From Candidatus Poribacteria bacterium (lineage in GTDB: Bacteria > Poribacteria > WGA-4E > JAJDTR01): DNA of 64,000 bases. The notes beneath the pieces are model-generated. The model had not been told where the DNA came from. It did not search any database and saw only the letters and a list, made by a program, of their open reading frames with translations. The position numbers and the translations under genes were made by a program. Below are positions 29,196 to 39,700 of this stretch, in pieces. How positions within the stretch are numbered: position 1 is the stretch's first letter; every line of letters begins with the position of its first letter. The stretch spans positions 387,240 to 451,239 of the forward strand of contig CBDBEE010000003.1 of the NCBI GenBank assembly GCA_965204085.1. Reading direction: 5' to 3'.

Positions 29196-30430
29196 GCCCC
29201 TATCATCAAGAACCCAAGTTCATGAAAACTTCGCGCAGCTTATCGAAGGTCGGGCGCGCGTTTCTTAAGCCTACCCCAAATTGTGGCTGTCTTGGAAGTA
29301 GGGGACACCGCTAGTGCTACCGGGTTAAAGTCGGGCTGGTAATCGATCCCATCATGATCATCGCTAAGTTGCTTAAGATATTTTCCATCTGCGGTCATCA
29401 AGTGAATCTTTGCGCCGAAGAGAAATTCATCAGAGCTCGCATATGCGATCGCCTCTCCATCGGGAGACCATGCGGGCCCCCGATGATTCTCTTGATTGTG
29501 TGTAAGCTTCTTGAGATTTTTTCCATCCACCCCCACCACATAGATGTGAAAGAATCCCGCCTCCTCGCCCCAGTATGCAATCCGTCCTCCGTCGGGAGAA
29601 AACGATGGGTGCCATTTAGGCACTAAATCGTGCGTTACCCGTTCAAGCCCCTGTCCGTCAGCGTCCATCACGTAAATTTCGTTGCCCCCATCTTTCCAAG
29701 ATACGAATGCAATCTGTCCCCCATCCGGAGACCATGATGGCTGCCTCGTTCGGTCTTCATACCTTACACGATTTCCTCCATCTGCGTCCATTACCTCGAT
29801 ATGATTTATCCCATCTTGGACGGTGAACGCAATCTTACCCCCATCTGGAGACCAGTCTGGATCCGCCTTTCTTTCCGGCCCATCTGTCAGTTTAATCAGG
29901 TTCGTACCATCGGCGTCCATGACGTAGATTTGATATTCGCCGGTTCGACGGGAAACGAATGCAATCTTCGTCCCGTCGGGAGACCAATCCGGATCCTCGT
30001 CATCCACTGGATTGTTTGACAAGTTTTCCCGGTTTCCGCCATCGGAATCCATTACATAGATTTCAAAGTTGTCAAATCCCTGGTGTGAAAAAACAATCCG
30101 TGGCCCCTGCGCGGCGAGTCCTCCTATAAACCACAACTCCGCACTTAACAGCATCACGGTTAACCCAATAAACGACACAAGTGTGCGCCTGAATCGCATT
30201 TTTTCCTCCTTGGCCGTGCCTAATATGAACAGTAAGGTAACCGGTTTTGAATGCGTGCTCAGGTACCGTTTGTACGCGCTCCTAATCCTTGCGCAATGTT
30301 CTCGGCACTGGCGATATTTTCAATGGCCCGTCCCAGTCTTCTAGCCCCATTGACATCATCACGGCTTCCCGGTGCGTTTGAGATCTCCCCAAGATATCGG
30401 CAACTTTCCGTTTGGGTTGACTGCCAATGC
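29196..30430. repeat. segmental duplication, copy 1 (about 1.23 kb; PD40 type-A gene, its upstream region, and the 3' end of the next type-B gene)
   Basis: It is about 98% identical to 32676..33910. The identity breaks down on both sides, as seen by direct comparison of the two stretches. Confidence 0.85.
29240..30199 (-). CDS. secreted TolB-like PD40 beta-propeller protein (type A, 319 aa)
   Basis: ATG at 30199 with an AGGAGG Shine-Dalgarno sequence and a signal peptide. Repeated PD40 blades follow the D-W-SPDG-x-IAF pattern. The C-terminal tail is …AVSPTSKTATIWGRLKKRAPDLR. Confidence 0.8.
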   Translation of the reverse strand: MRFRRTLVSFIGLTVMLLSAELWFIGGLAAQGPRIVFSHQGFDNFEIYVMDSDGGNRENLSNNPVDDEDPDWSPDGTKIAFVSRRTGEYQIYVMDADGTNLIKLTDGPERKADPDWSPDGGKIAFTVQDGINHIEVMDADGGNRVRYEDRTRQPSWSPDGGQIAFVSWKDGGNEIYVMDADGQGLERVTHDLVPKWHPSFSPDGGRIAYWGEEAGFFHIYVVGVDGKNLKKLTHNQENHRGPAWSPDGEAIAYASSDEFLFGAKIHLMTADGKYLKQLSDDHDGIDYQPDFNPVALAVSPTSKTATIWGRLKKRAPDLR

Positions 30431-31348
30431 ACCTTGCGGCCAAGAGGGATCTTTGTTATCAATACCGGGAGGAGTCTTCGTGAGTTTGACGGCGTTCCTC
30501 CCGTTGGTGTCCATCAAATAAATATTAGAATCTCCGCCGCGGTGCGACACATAGGCGATTTTCTTCCCATCCAGAACATAGACTGGTGACGTGCTGCGAC
30601 CGTCTTCCGTAAGCTGCTCTAACTCTTTCCCGTCAGTGGTAATCGCGAAAATGTCATCACGCGTGCGATCAGGGAAGCGGCGCCGCGAGTGGAAAACAAT
30701 CTTCTTGCCATCTGGCGACCAAGTAGGAAAGAAACTGTCCGTGAGGTCGCTGTCGCCGGTGAGATTACGCCTTCCCGTTCCATCTGCATTCATCACGAAG
30801 ATGTGAGCGGGATCAAAGTCGTCGAAAGGGGCGCCGACAAACGCAATCTTACTTCCATCTGGTGACCAACTCGGTACAACATCGTCCATCTTGTGTTCTG
30901 TCAAATTTATCTCATTTTCTCCATTGGCGTCCATCACGTAGATTTCCGAGTTGCGGACGTGAAAACGGGAAGATGAAAAGGCAATCCTCGTGCCATCCGG
31001 CGACCAAGTAGCGCGGCTGTCAAAAAAATTGTCATGGGTGAGTCTTACCACGTTATTGCCATCACTGTCCATCACATACAAGTCCTGTGTAACGCCGCGC
31101 TCTGATGTGAACGCAATCCTTCTCCCATCCGGCGAGCAAGCGGGATATTCATCGGATGCAGGGTGGTCGGTGAGTTGGAGGAGATTGTCTCCATTTACGT
31201 CCATGGAGTAAATGTCCCAGTCGCCGTCACGATTCGATGCAAAGACGATTCTCGGTTCGAACGTCTGCGCGGTGCTGTTAGAAGTAACTATTAACGCCAA
31301 TAGCAGTAGAAACAGGCATTTTCTCAAAAATGGGCTGATTTTAATCAC
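30359..31348 (-). CDS. secreted TolB-like PD40 beta-propeller protein (type B, 329 aa)
   Basis: GTG start at 31348 with a GGAGAA Shine-Dalgarno sequence and a signal peptide (CLFLLLLALIVTSNSTAQ). PD40 blades are present. The C-terminal tail is …AVNPNGKLPISWGDLKRTGKP. Confidence 0.75.
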   Translation of the reverse strand: MIKISPFLRKCLFLLLLALIVTSNSTAQTFEPRIVFASNRDGDWDIYSMDVNGDNLLQLTDHPASDEYPACSPDGRRIAFTSERGVTQDLYVMDSDGNNVVRLTHDNFFDSRATWSPDGTRIAFSSSRFHVRNSEIYVMDANGENEINLTEHKMDDVVPSWSPDGSKIAFVGAPFDDFDPAHIFVMNADGTGRRNLTGDSDLTDSFFPTWSPDGKKIVFHSRRRFPDRTRDDIFAITTDGKELEQLTEDGRSTSPVYVLDGKKIAYVSHRGGDSNIYLMDTNGRNAVKLTKTPPGIDNKDPSWPQGALAVNPNGKLPISWGDLKRTGKP

Positions 31349-31443
31349 CGGTCATATTCTCCTTTTTCGGGTTCTACGCTTTTAGACTATTCTCTAAATC
31401 CCGGCAATGCTGTGTTTGGGTGTCGCCACCGAGTTCATTGACA

Positions 31444-32457
31444 TTACCGCGGGTTGCCGGTGCGTTTGATATCTCCCCAAGATGTCGGCAACTTTCCGTT
31501 TGGGCTGACTGCAAACGCACCAGCAGCAAACAACCAGGAAGGAAGTATGTTATCAACACTGGGAGGAGTTCTCGTGAGTTTGACCGCGTTCCTTCCGTTG
31601 GTGCCCATCAAATAAATATTGTAATCTCCGTCTCTTGTTGACGCAAAGGCGATTTTTGTCCCATCCGGCGAATAGGCTGGAAACCTGTTGCTACCCTCCT
31701 CCGTAAGCCTTTCTAAGTTTTCCCCTTCAGCGGTAATCGCGTAAATGTGATAATGCAGGTCTGGATCAAAGAGGTGCTGCGAGTGGAAAGCGATCATGCG
31801 TCCATCTGGCGACCAAGCAGGGGACCGATTTTTCGTTAGGTCAGTATCGCCGGTGAGATTGCGCCTTTCCTTTCCATCCGCATTCATCACGAAAATATGC
31901 TCTGGACTAAACCAGTCGCCGTCACGGGCGGATACAAACGCAATCTTGCTTCCATCTGGCGACCAACTCGGCGAATTATCTTGCCATTTGTGTTTTGTCA
32001 AATTTATCGGGTTATTTCCATTCACGTCCATCGCGTAGATTTCCTGGTTGCCAACGACCGCACGGAAAGATGAAAAGGCAATCCTCTTGCCATCCGGCGT
32101 CCAACTAGGGTCGATTTCAACAAAATTGTCATGGGTGAGTCTTACCACGTTATTGCCATCGCTGTCCATCACATAAAGGTCATGTGTAACGCCGCGTTCT
32201 GATGTGAACACAATCCTTCTCCCATCCGGCGAGCAAGCGGGAGAGTAATCGTATGCCGGGTGGTCGGTGAGTTGGAGGAGATTGTTTCCGTTTTGGTCCA
32301 TGGAGTAGATGTCCCAGTTGCCAATCCAGTTGCCATCGTGGTTTGATTGAAAGACGATTCTCGGTTCGAAGCTCTGTGCTGTACTGTCCGAAGTAACCAT
32401 TAACGCCAATAGCAGTAGAAACAGGCATTTTCTCAAAAATGGGCTGATTTTATTCAT
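31444..32457 (-). CDS. secreted TolB-like PD40 beta-propeller protein (type B, 337 aa)
   Basis: ATG at 32457 with a signal peptide and PD40 blades. The tail is …AVSPNGKLPTSWGDIKRTGNPR. Confidence 0.8.
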   Translation of the reverse strand: MNKISPFLRKCLFLLLLALMVTSDSTAQSFEPRIVFQSNHDGNWIGNWDIYSMDQNGNNLLQLTDHPAYDYSPACSPDGRRIVFTSERGVTHDLYVMDSDGNNVVRLTHDNFVEIDPSWTPDGKRIAFSSFRAVVGNQEIYAMDVNGNNPINLTKHKWQDNSPSWSPDGSKIAFVSARDGDWFSPEHIFVMNADGKERRNLTGDTDLTKNRSPAWSPDGRMIAFHSQHLFDPDLHYHIYAITAEGENLERLTEEGSNRFPAYSPDGTKIAFASTRDGDYNIYLMGTNGRNAVKLTRTPPSVDNILPSWLFAAGAFAVSPNGKLPTSWGDIKRTGNPR

Positions 32458-32675
32458 CGGTCATGTCCTCCTTATTCCGGTATTTCAATTCTATAGTCAA
32501 TGCAACTGAAAAATTCACATTCGGGGAATTTAGCAGTTCAGTTTGCAGGAGCGATCTCCGAATCGCGAAGGAGCAACTCAATACTCGCTCCGATAGAGGT
32601 TGCGTTATGAATCGTGCTACTACGAGCCGAACCCAGTAAATCCTAAATGTGAAATCCTTGATTGATGCGATAATA

Positions 32676-33910
32676 GTCCCTATCATCAAGATTCACAGTT
32701 CAAAAGACAATCTCACAAGCTATCGAAGGTCGGGCGCGCGTTTCTTAAGCCTACCCCAAATTGCGGCTGTCTTGGAAATGGGTGACACAGCTAGGCCTAC
32801 CGGGCTAAAGTCGGGCTGGTAATCGATTCCATCATGATCATCGCTAAGTTGCTTAAGATATTTTCCGTCTGCGGTCATCAAGTGAATCTTTGCGCCGAAG
32901 AGAACTGCATCAGAACTCGCATATGCGATCGCCCCTCCATCGGGAGACCATGCGGGCCCCCGATGATTCTTTTCATTGGGCGTAAGCCTCTTGAGGTTTT
33001 TTCCATCCACACCCACCACATAGATGTGAAAGAATCCCGCCTCCTCGCCCCAGTATGCAATCCGTCCTCCGTCGGGAGAAAACGATGGGTGCCATTTAGG
33101 CACTAAATCGTGCGTTACCCGTTCAAGCCCCTGTCCGTCAGCGTCCATCACGTAAATTTCGTTGCCCCCATCTTTCCAAGATACGAATGCAATCTGTCCC
33201 CCATCCGGAGACCATGATGGCTGCCTCGTTCGGTCTTCATACCTTACACGATTTCCTCCATCTGCGTCCATTACCTCGATATGATTTATCCCATCTTGGA
33301 CGGTGAACGCAATCTTACCCCCATCTGGAGACCAGTCTGGATCCGCCTTTCTTTCCGGCCCATCTGTCAGTTTAATCAGGTTCGTACCATCGGCGTCCAT
33401 GACGTAGATTTGATATTCGCCGGTTCGACGGGAAACGAATGCAATCTTCGTCCCGTCGGGAGACCAATCCGGATCCTCGTCATCCACTGGATTGTTTGAC
33501 AAGTTTTCCCGGTTTCCGCCATCGGAATCCATTACATAGATTTCAAAGTTGTCAAATCCCTGGTGTGAAAAAACAATCCGTGGCCCCTGCGCGGCGAGTC
33601 CTCCTATAAACCACAACTCCGCACTTAACAGCATCACGGTTAACCCAATAAACGACACAAGTGTGCGCCTGAATCGCATTTTTTCCTCCTTGGCCGTGCC
33701 TAATATGAACAGTAAGGTAACCGGTTTTGAATGCGTGCTCAGGTACCGTTTGTACGCGCTCCTAATCCTTGCGCAATGTTCTCGGCACTGGCGATATTTT
33801 CAATGGCCCGTCCCAGTCTTCTAGCCCCATTGACATCATCACGGCTTCCCGGTGCGTTTGATATCTCCCCAAGATGTCGGCAACTTTCCGTTTGGGTTGA
33901 CTGCAAATGC
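32676..33910. repeat. segmental duplication, copy 2
   Basis: See copy 1. Confidence 0.85.
32720..33679 (-). CDS. secreted TolB-like PD40 beta-propeller protein (type A), a near-identical duplicate of 29240..30199
   Basis: It is about 98% identical to the copy at 29240..30199 at the nucleotide level, including flanks. The tail is …AVSPISKTAAIWGRLKKRAPDLR. Confidence 0.8.
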   Translation of the reverse strand: MRFRRTLVSFIGLTVMLLSAELWFIGGLAAQGPRIVFSHQGFDNFEIYVMDSDGGNRENLSNNPVDDEDPDWSPDGTKIAFVSRRTGEYQIYVMDADGTNLIKLTDGPERKADPDWSPDGGKIAFTVQDGINHIEVMDADGGNRVRYEDRTRQPSWSPDGGQIAFVSWKDGGNEIYVMDADGQGLERVTHDLVPKWHPSFSPDGGRIAYWGEEAGFFHIYVVGVDGKNLKRLTPNEKNHRGPAWSPDGGAIAYASSDAVLFGAKIHLMTADGKYLKQLSDDHDGIDYQPDFSPVGLAVSPISKTAAIWGRLKKRAPDLR

Positions 33911-34846
33911 ACCAAGAGTCAGCCAAGAAGGATATATGTTATGTACACCGCGCGGAGTGTTCGTGAGTTTGACAGCGTTCATCCCGTCGGTATCCATCAG
34001 ATAAATATTTGAATCACCGTTACGGTGTGACACATAGGCGATTTTTGCCCCATCCGGCGAATAGGCTGGCATCCTGTTGCTGCCCTCCTCCGTAAGCTTC
34101 TCTAACTCTTCTCCTTCAGCGGTAATCGCGTAAATTTGATAACGCGGGCCTGGAGCGAAGATGTGCTGCGACTGGAACGCAATCTTGCTTCCATCTGGCG
34201 ACCAAGTAGGGGACAGATTATTCGTTAGGTCGGTATCGCCAGTGAGATTGCGCCTTTCCTTTCCATCCGCATTCATCACGAAAATATGCTGGGGAGTATC
34301 CAAGCGGCCATCACGGGTGGATGCAAACGCAATCTTGCTTCCGTCCGGCGACCAACTCGGCGTTAAATCGTGCCACTTATGTTTTGTCAAATTTATCTCA
34401 TTTGCTCCATTGGCGTCCATCACGTAGATTTCCGAGTTGCGGACGTCAAAACGCACAGATTCAAAGGCAATCCTCGTGCCATCCGGCGACCAACTAGGTC
34501 TACCTTCAATAAAATTGTCACGGGTGAGTCTTACCACGTTGTTGCCATCGCTGTCCATCACATACAGGTCATGTGTGACGCCGCGCTCTGATGTGAACGC
34601 AATCCTTCTACCGTCCGGCGAGCAAGCGAGTAACCAATCAGATCCCGGATGGTCGGTGAGATGGGCCACATTGTCTCCGTTTACGTCCATGGAGTAGATG
34701 TCCCAGTTGCCAAGCCAGTTGCCATCGTGGTTTGATGCAAAGACGATTCTCGGTTCGAAGATCTGCGCTGTGCTGTCTGAAGCAACCATTAACGCTAGTA
34801 ACAATAGAAACAGGCATCTTCTAAAAAATGGGCTGATTTTATTCAT
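33839..34846 (-). CDS. secreted TolB-like PD40 beta-propeller protein (type B, 335 aa)
   Basis: ATG at 34846 with a signal peptide and PD40 blades. The tail is …AVNPNGKLPTSWGDIKRTGKP. The last ~30 codons fall within the duplicated block. Confidence 0.8.
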   Translation of the reverse strand: MNKISPFFRRCLFLLLLALMVASDSTAQIFEPRIVFASNHDGNWLGNWDIYSMDVNGDNVAHLTDHPGSDWLLACSPDGRRIAFTSERGVTHDLYVMDSDGNNVVRLTRDNFIEGRPSWSPDGTRIAFESVRFDVRNSEIYVMDANGANEINLTKHKWHDLTPSWSPDGSKIAFASTRDGRLDTPQHIFVMNADGKERRNLTGDTDLTNNLSPTWSPDGSKIAFQSQHIFAPGPRYQIYAITAEGEELEKLTEEGSNRMPAYSPDGAKIAYVSHRNGDSNIYLMDTDGMNAVKLTNTPRGVHNIYPSWLTLGAFAVNPNGKLPTSWGDIKRTGKP

Positions 34847-35091
34847 CTGTCATTCTCTCCTTATTCGGGTTCTTTTCTTCTAGAGAATTGTCTAACCTAA
34901 GTTGCCGACATTGTAGCACGATCAAGCGACTGATTAGGGAGCGCGATAGAAATCCCATAGCGAAGGCGATAGTAAATCCCACAGGTAGCAGCAGCTCAAA
35001 TATACAAAATTGCTATGTCACCTCTTTTTCAAACAGGCTCTTATGCACTTGTCTATGGCTTGTCGTCGAACTTCAACAAAGCGGGCGTAGA

Positions 35092-36075
35092 TTATCGGAG
35101 GTTGGACGCGCGTTTCTTCACCCTGCCCCAAATTGTAGTTGTTTTGGAGATGGGGGACACAGCTAATCCGAACGAGCGAATGTCGGGCTGAGAATCATTC
35201 GCACCATCGACATTGCTAAGTTGCTTAAGATATTGTCCATCGGCCGTCATCAAGTGAATCGATGAAGGACCATCATTGTCCCAGACATAATATGCGATCC
35301 TCCGTCCGGAGACAGACCATGCAGGGCCTCCATGATTCTGTTGATTCTGTGTAAGTCTCACCCGATTTTTCCCATCTGCCCCTACCACAAATATTTGAGG
35401 GTATAATCTGTCGATGGCCACGTATGCAATCCGTTTTCCGTCAGGAGAAAACGCCGGACTGTGTCCACCCCATAATTCCCGTAATTCATGCGTTACCCTT
35501 CTAAGCCCCTGTCCGTCAGCGCCTATCACGTAGATATCAGACCACCACTCCCCAGCTCTAAAGGATGAGAATGAAATCTCACGTCCATCAGGAGACCATG
35601 ACGGATCCCTCGCGTGGTTTTTAAACCTCACCCGATTATTTCCATCGGCATCCATCACGGCGATGTGAGATTCCCTTATTGCAGCCGGTTGGACCGTGAA
35701 GGCAATTTTACCCGCATCGGGAGACCAGTCTGGTGCCCACTTGCTCCGCGGTCCATCTGTCAATCTAATCGGGTTCTTTCCATCGGCGTCCATGACGTAG
35801 ATCTGATTTCCGCCGTTTCTGTCGGAAACGAATGCAATCTTCGTCCTGTCAGGAGACCAATCCGGATCGCTGTCATACGCTGGATGGTTTGTCAAGTTTT
35901 CTCGGTTTCCTCCATCAGCGTCCATTACATAGATATCAGTGTTGTCAGGTTTCGCGTAGAATGTAAAAACAATTCGATTTGTGCTGAAGGCGAACCCGCT
36001 TCTCAACCACAACTCCCCACTCAACAGCAACACCGTTAGCCCGATAAACGACACAAGCGTGCGTCCGAATCGCAT
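35092..36075 (-). CDS. secreted TolB-like PD40 beta-propeller protein (type A, about 327 aa)
   Basis: An ATG at 36075 (MRFGRTLVSFIGLTVLLLSG…) has an AGGAGG Shine-Dalgarno sequence 6 nt upstream. The track start at 36093 lacks one. The tail is …AVSPISKTTTIWGRVKKRASNLR. Confidence 0.8.
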   Translation of the reverse strand: MRFGRTLVSFIGLTVLLLSGELWLRSGFAFSTNRIVFTFYAKPDNTDIYVMDADGGNRENLTNHPAYDSDPDWSPDRTKIAFVSDRNGGNQIYVMDADGKNPIRLTDGPRSKWAPDWSPDAGKIAFTVQPAAIRESHIAVMDADGNNRVRFKNHARDPSWSPDGREISFSSFRAGEWWSDIYVIGADGQGLRRVTHELRELWGGHSPAFSPDGKRIAYVAIDRLYPQIFVVGADGKNRVRLTQNQQNHGGPAWSVSGRRIAYYVWDNDGPSSIHLMTADGQYLKQLSNVDGANDSQPDIRSFGLAVSPISKTTTIWGRVKKRASNLR

Positions 36076-36320
36076 TTTCTCCTCCTTAGTCATGGGTGTA
36101 ATGCGCAGCCCGTAGGTTGGGTTGAGCGGAGACCCTGAAAATATCCAAGAAGTCAGATTGCTTTAGAGCCTGTTTGAGAAGTACATTTGTAGGGGACGCA
36201 GATCTGCGTCCCCATACGGATCAAGTTAAGGGAGTTCGTCTAGTATTGGTGAGTTCTTCGCCGCAAAACCCTTAACTTAGTCCCCATTGGGCGAGGAGTA
36301 AATCTCAATCTCACCCCATA

Positions 36321-36478
36321 CGGTAGGTGCGGTTTCCAACCGCACCGGTCCCCACGGAAACCAGCGTCATGAGTCATCTTCTGTGGTGCACCCATCAACG
36401 AATGGGTTGGTATTCCATCGTCCATGTCTACATGGAGATTAACAGTTTAAGACATTAGAAACCGCGTGACTTGCGACT
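36321..36478. repeat. ~160-bp dispersed repeat (a REP plus ~130 bp), present in inverted orientation at 59455..59615 (about 95% identity)
   Basis: Reverse-complement comparison. It contains the short track ORFs 36240..36425 (minus strand) and their counterpart. Confidence 0.75.
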
Positions 36479-36791
36479 CAAAACGCTTAACTTGATTCCT
36501 ATGGGGTGGGCACTGCCCACCAGCCTCTAAAAGCCCCAGCGTGGGATCAAATGAGCGGATAGCGAACGATCAAATGACTGATTAAGGAAGGCGCGATAGA
36601 GATCCCATAGAGATCCACTAATCACTAGCCAGCAACGGAGCGGATAGCGACGGCGGTAGAAATCCACTAAGCACTTATCTTTAGGGTTTCCGTTTCGCTT
36701 GAAATCTCCAAATCCGAGCGAAACCCAACCCGCATTTTCCCGCTTTCTTCTTTCAACTAGCCACTGAACACTAGTCACTGGCCACTGCCTT

Positions 36792-39700
36792 TCAATCCGC
36801 CGGCTGCGGCGCCAGTTCAGGGCTTGCGGTTTCCTCCGACTCGTCGTCCTCTTGACGTCCGCGCTCATGGAATTCGCCTCGAACATCCGGGCTAAGCGTC
36901 CGCCAGATCAGCAACTGCTTCCGAATCAAGTTCAAGAACCGACGATTCACACGCTTCCACGACGCTATTTCGCCGCTCTCGCGGGTAATATCAAGTTTAA
37001 TCTGGTACAGTTCCTCCTCCTCGCCGCCAACCGGCGACGTCACGAACCGAATGGCTTGGCTCACGCCCAAATCGTACGGCGCCAACCAAACCATCATACT
37101 GACGGCGTACGACTCCTGTTCCCTATCTCCTGATTCCTCCATAAACCTGGCGAAGGCAACTTGGTTCGTATAAAAATCACTCGCCGACTCGTCCGCGTGC
37201 GCATCAAAGTAATCGCGCATAAATATGTTCAGACCGAGAGCTTCCTCGGACAGCACCGTGAACGGTAGGTTGAAGTGCCATTCATCGCCTGTAGGTTCCG
37301 GCAACTTCCACTTTCGTTCCAAATCGGGAACCGCCATCCGGCTCGCTTTAATCGCCGGGTACAGTGTGCTGCCCACCACTACTATCATCACGATAATCGT
37401 CGCTACGACCGTGGACATGGACGAGTAATTTAGGGTCAGACCGGAAAGCCAACCGAAATTCACCAGCAGCGTCGCCACGACTTGACCCAACAGGTAACCG
37501 AGCACCGCGCCGACAATCGCATAAACACACGCCTCCGCGAGGAACAGAAACGCGATATGCACCGGCGCCAATCCGACAGAGCTGTAGATGCTAATCTCTC
37601 GAATCCTCTCGTAGACCGCGCCAAGCATGGTGTTTAACACAATCAGCGATGCGATGAGAATCGGAATGAACAGGTTCCCCATGCCGGAGAACGAGGTCAT
37701 CCCGATTGAGCTGTACAGATACGTGTTCTTGTCCCGAGCCACGAAAAAATCGAGCGCAATTCGGCTCATCAGCGGCGCCATGATGAGATCCAGTTTGTCG
37801 ACCGCACCCGGTACCGGCGGATCTTCGGGTTGAGGCTCCATATTGACAGCCACCGAGCGCAGCGTGCCGCCTTGGTTGATAATCACCTGATACGGCAGTA
37901 TGGCAACGCTGTCCGGCGTCAGGTGGATATATTTCTGCAATTCGCTGGTGCTGCTCTGGTTCCCTTGCGCTCCCCGCGAGCTTTGCTGTTTCATCAATTG
38001 GTGATCGATGGGCGTCAGCTCCTCGCCATCGTTGTCGGTCAAATCCTTGAAACCGATTCCGAGCACCCCGGTCACGGTAAAGTCCGCGCCGTAAACCGAA
38101 ACAGTGGCTTTGCCCATATCGGCTTCGACAATTCCCAGCAGATCTGCAACTCCTTTCGGCAGCACACATGCATAGGGCCATCGCGTGGGCCATTCCTCCT
38201 CATCCGCGGGATCGAACCACTTACCGTAATACAGATAGCGGTTTATGCCGGTGATTCGCGGCTCGGCGGCGCTCATCCCGACCAGCATGTTGGCGGAGAA
38301 GGTGTAGGGTTGACCGGTCAAGGCGTCCTCGGGGGGCACGGGATCCTTGACGTTGGAGGTGCGTCTCAATTCGATAAACGACTGATCTCCCGTGCCTGAT
38401 GATTGGTACCACGCTCGGGGACCTACCGCGTTGTGAACCGTCAACATCGAAGAGGGCTGGTAAACCTTCAATTCATCCCCGTCTTTCCTCACCGTGTATG
38501 TGCTCCTGTTGCCGGTGATTTCCCATCTTTCTTCGTCCGTGACCGGCTGAATAGATGTCTGAGGCGCAAGAAGGAATCCGCGTCTGTCAAATTCATGGTT
38601 TAAACTTGCGGAAATTTCGCCCTTCGCAAACTCATCCTGAAGTTCTGAATCCATGCTGAACAGGAATGTCGGTTCGGCGCTGACGCTGGCGAGCGTCCCC
38701 GCCTCGCTTAGCTGAGCAATGGTATCCTCAATCTCCTCCGAGGGCGTGCCTCGCCTTTTCAACATCATCCGAAAATCAGGTTCGGGAAGCTGTGTCTTCC
38801 TCAGATCATTCATAATCGAGCTGATGACCGGCGCTTCAAGCGGACGCCAATACTGATCTCGAATCAACATCCCGGTGTAGCGCGGTGTCACGGCGGGCAG
38901 GTTGGTCTTGTTGGGGTGCATGAAGGTGCGCACGGAGGTGAACGAGATAACGGTGAAGGTCAATATCACCAGCGTGGCGCATGTCAGAATGGTGCGGCCC
39001 TTCCGTTTTCGCATATTCGACACGCCGAGACTGAAAGCCGCGGCGGAAGCCGCCAGGCGGCCCACGTCCGCTTTATACACCTTCGAACTTTCCTGTCTGA
39101 TTTTCTCGAGTTGCTCCTCGAATTTTCGCAAGATGATGGCGATTACGAACACCGTTAGCACCAGCACCACGAAGGCGATAAGAATGATGACGGGCGTGGT
39201 CGTAATTTGGAACGCGGGATGCACCTGCGCCAAAAAGAAGAACACCAGGATGAAAATCCCAGCCGCGCCGCCAATCCGTTTGTGCACGTCGGGAGAGGCA
39301 AAGATCAGACGTTCCATAAAGTAGGAGAACGGCAGGAGTAAGGCGAGGTAGAACATGACCCCGTTGACGACATCGTTACCCGTTTTCTTGACATCGGGAT
39401 AGGCGCGCGATTCGTATCCCCACGCCGCTCGCGCCAGTTTCATTGCCGTGGAGTATTCTTTCTTGGCGAGCGCCGTTTCCGCTTGATCCAGGTGCTCGTG
39501 CGCATAGAAATGGAGTTGATCGAGCCGATCGCTGCTGATGCCGAACCGTTTGTATAAGCTCGTGCGGTTTTCGTCGAGCCACCACATATCTCGGACGACA
39601 ACGTAGGGCGTGACGCGGATGGAACCGTTCTCGCGGACGACAAACCCCGATCCGGTGTATAGTGCCGGATTCTTCGCGCCGCTCTTGCCCGCTTTGATAA

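Noticed and set aside
36240-36886. Short ORFs (61 and 119 aa) downstream of the giant gene
   Set aside because: They lie inside the 160-bp dispersed repeat and the 38-bp repeat cluster. The same 'ORF' reappears in the inverted copy at 59455..59615, which indicates a repeat rather than a gene.
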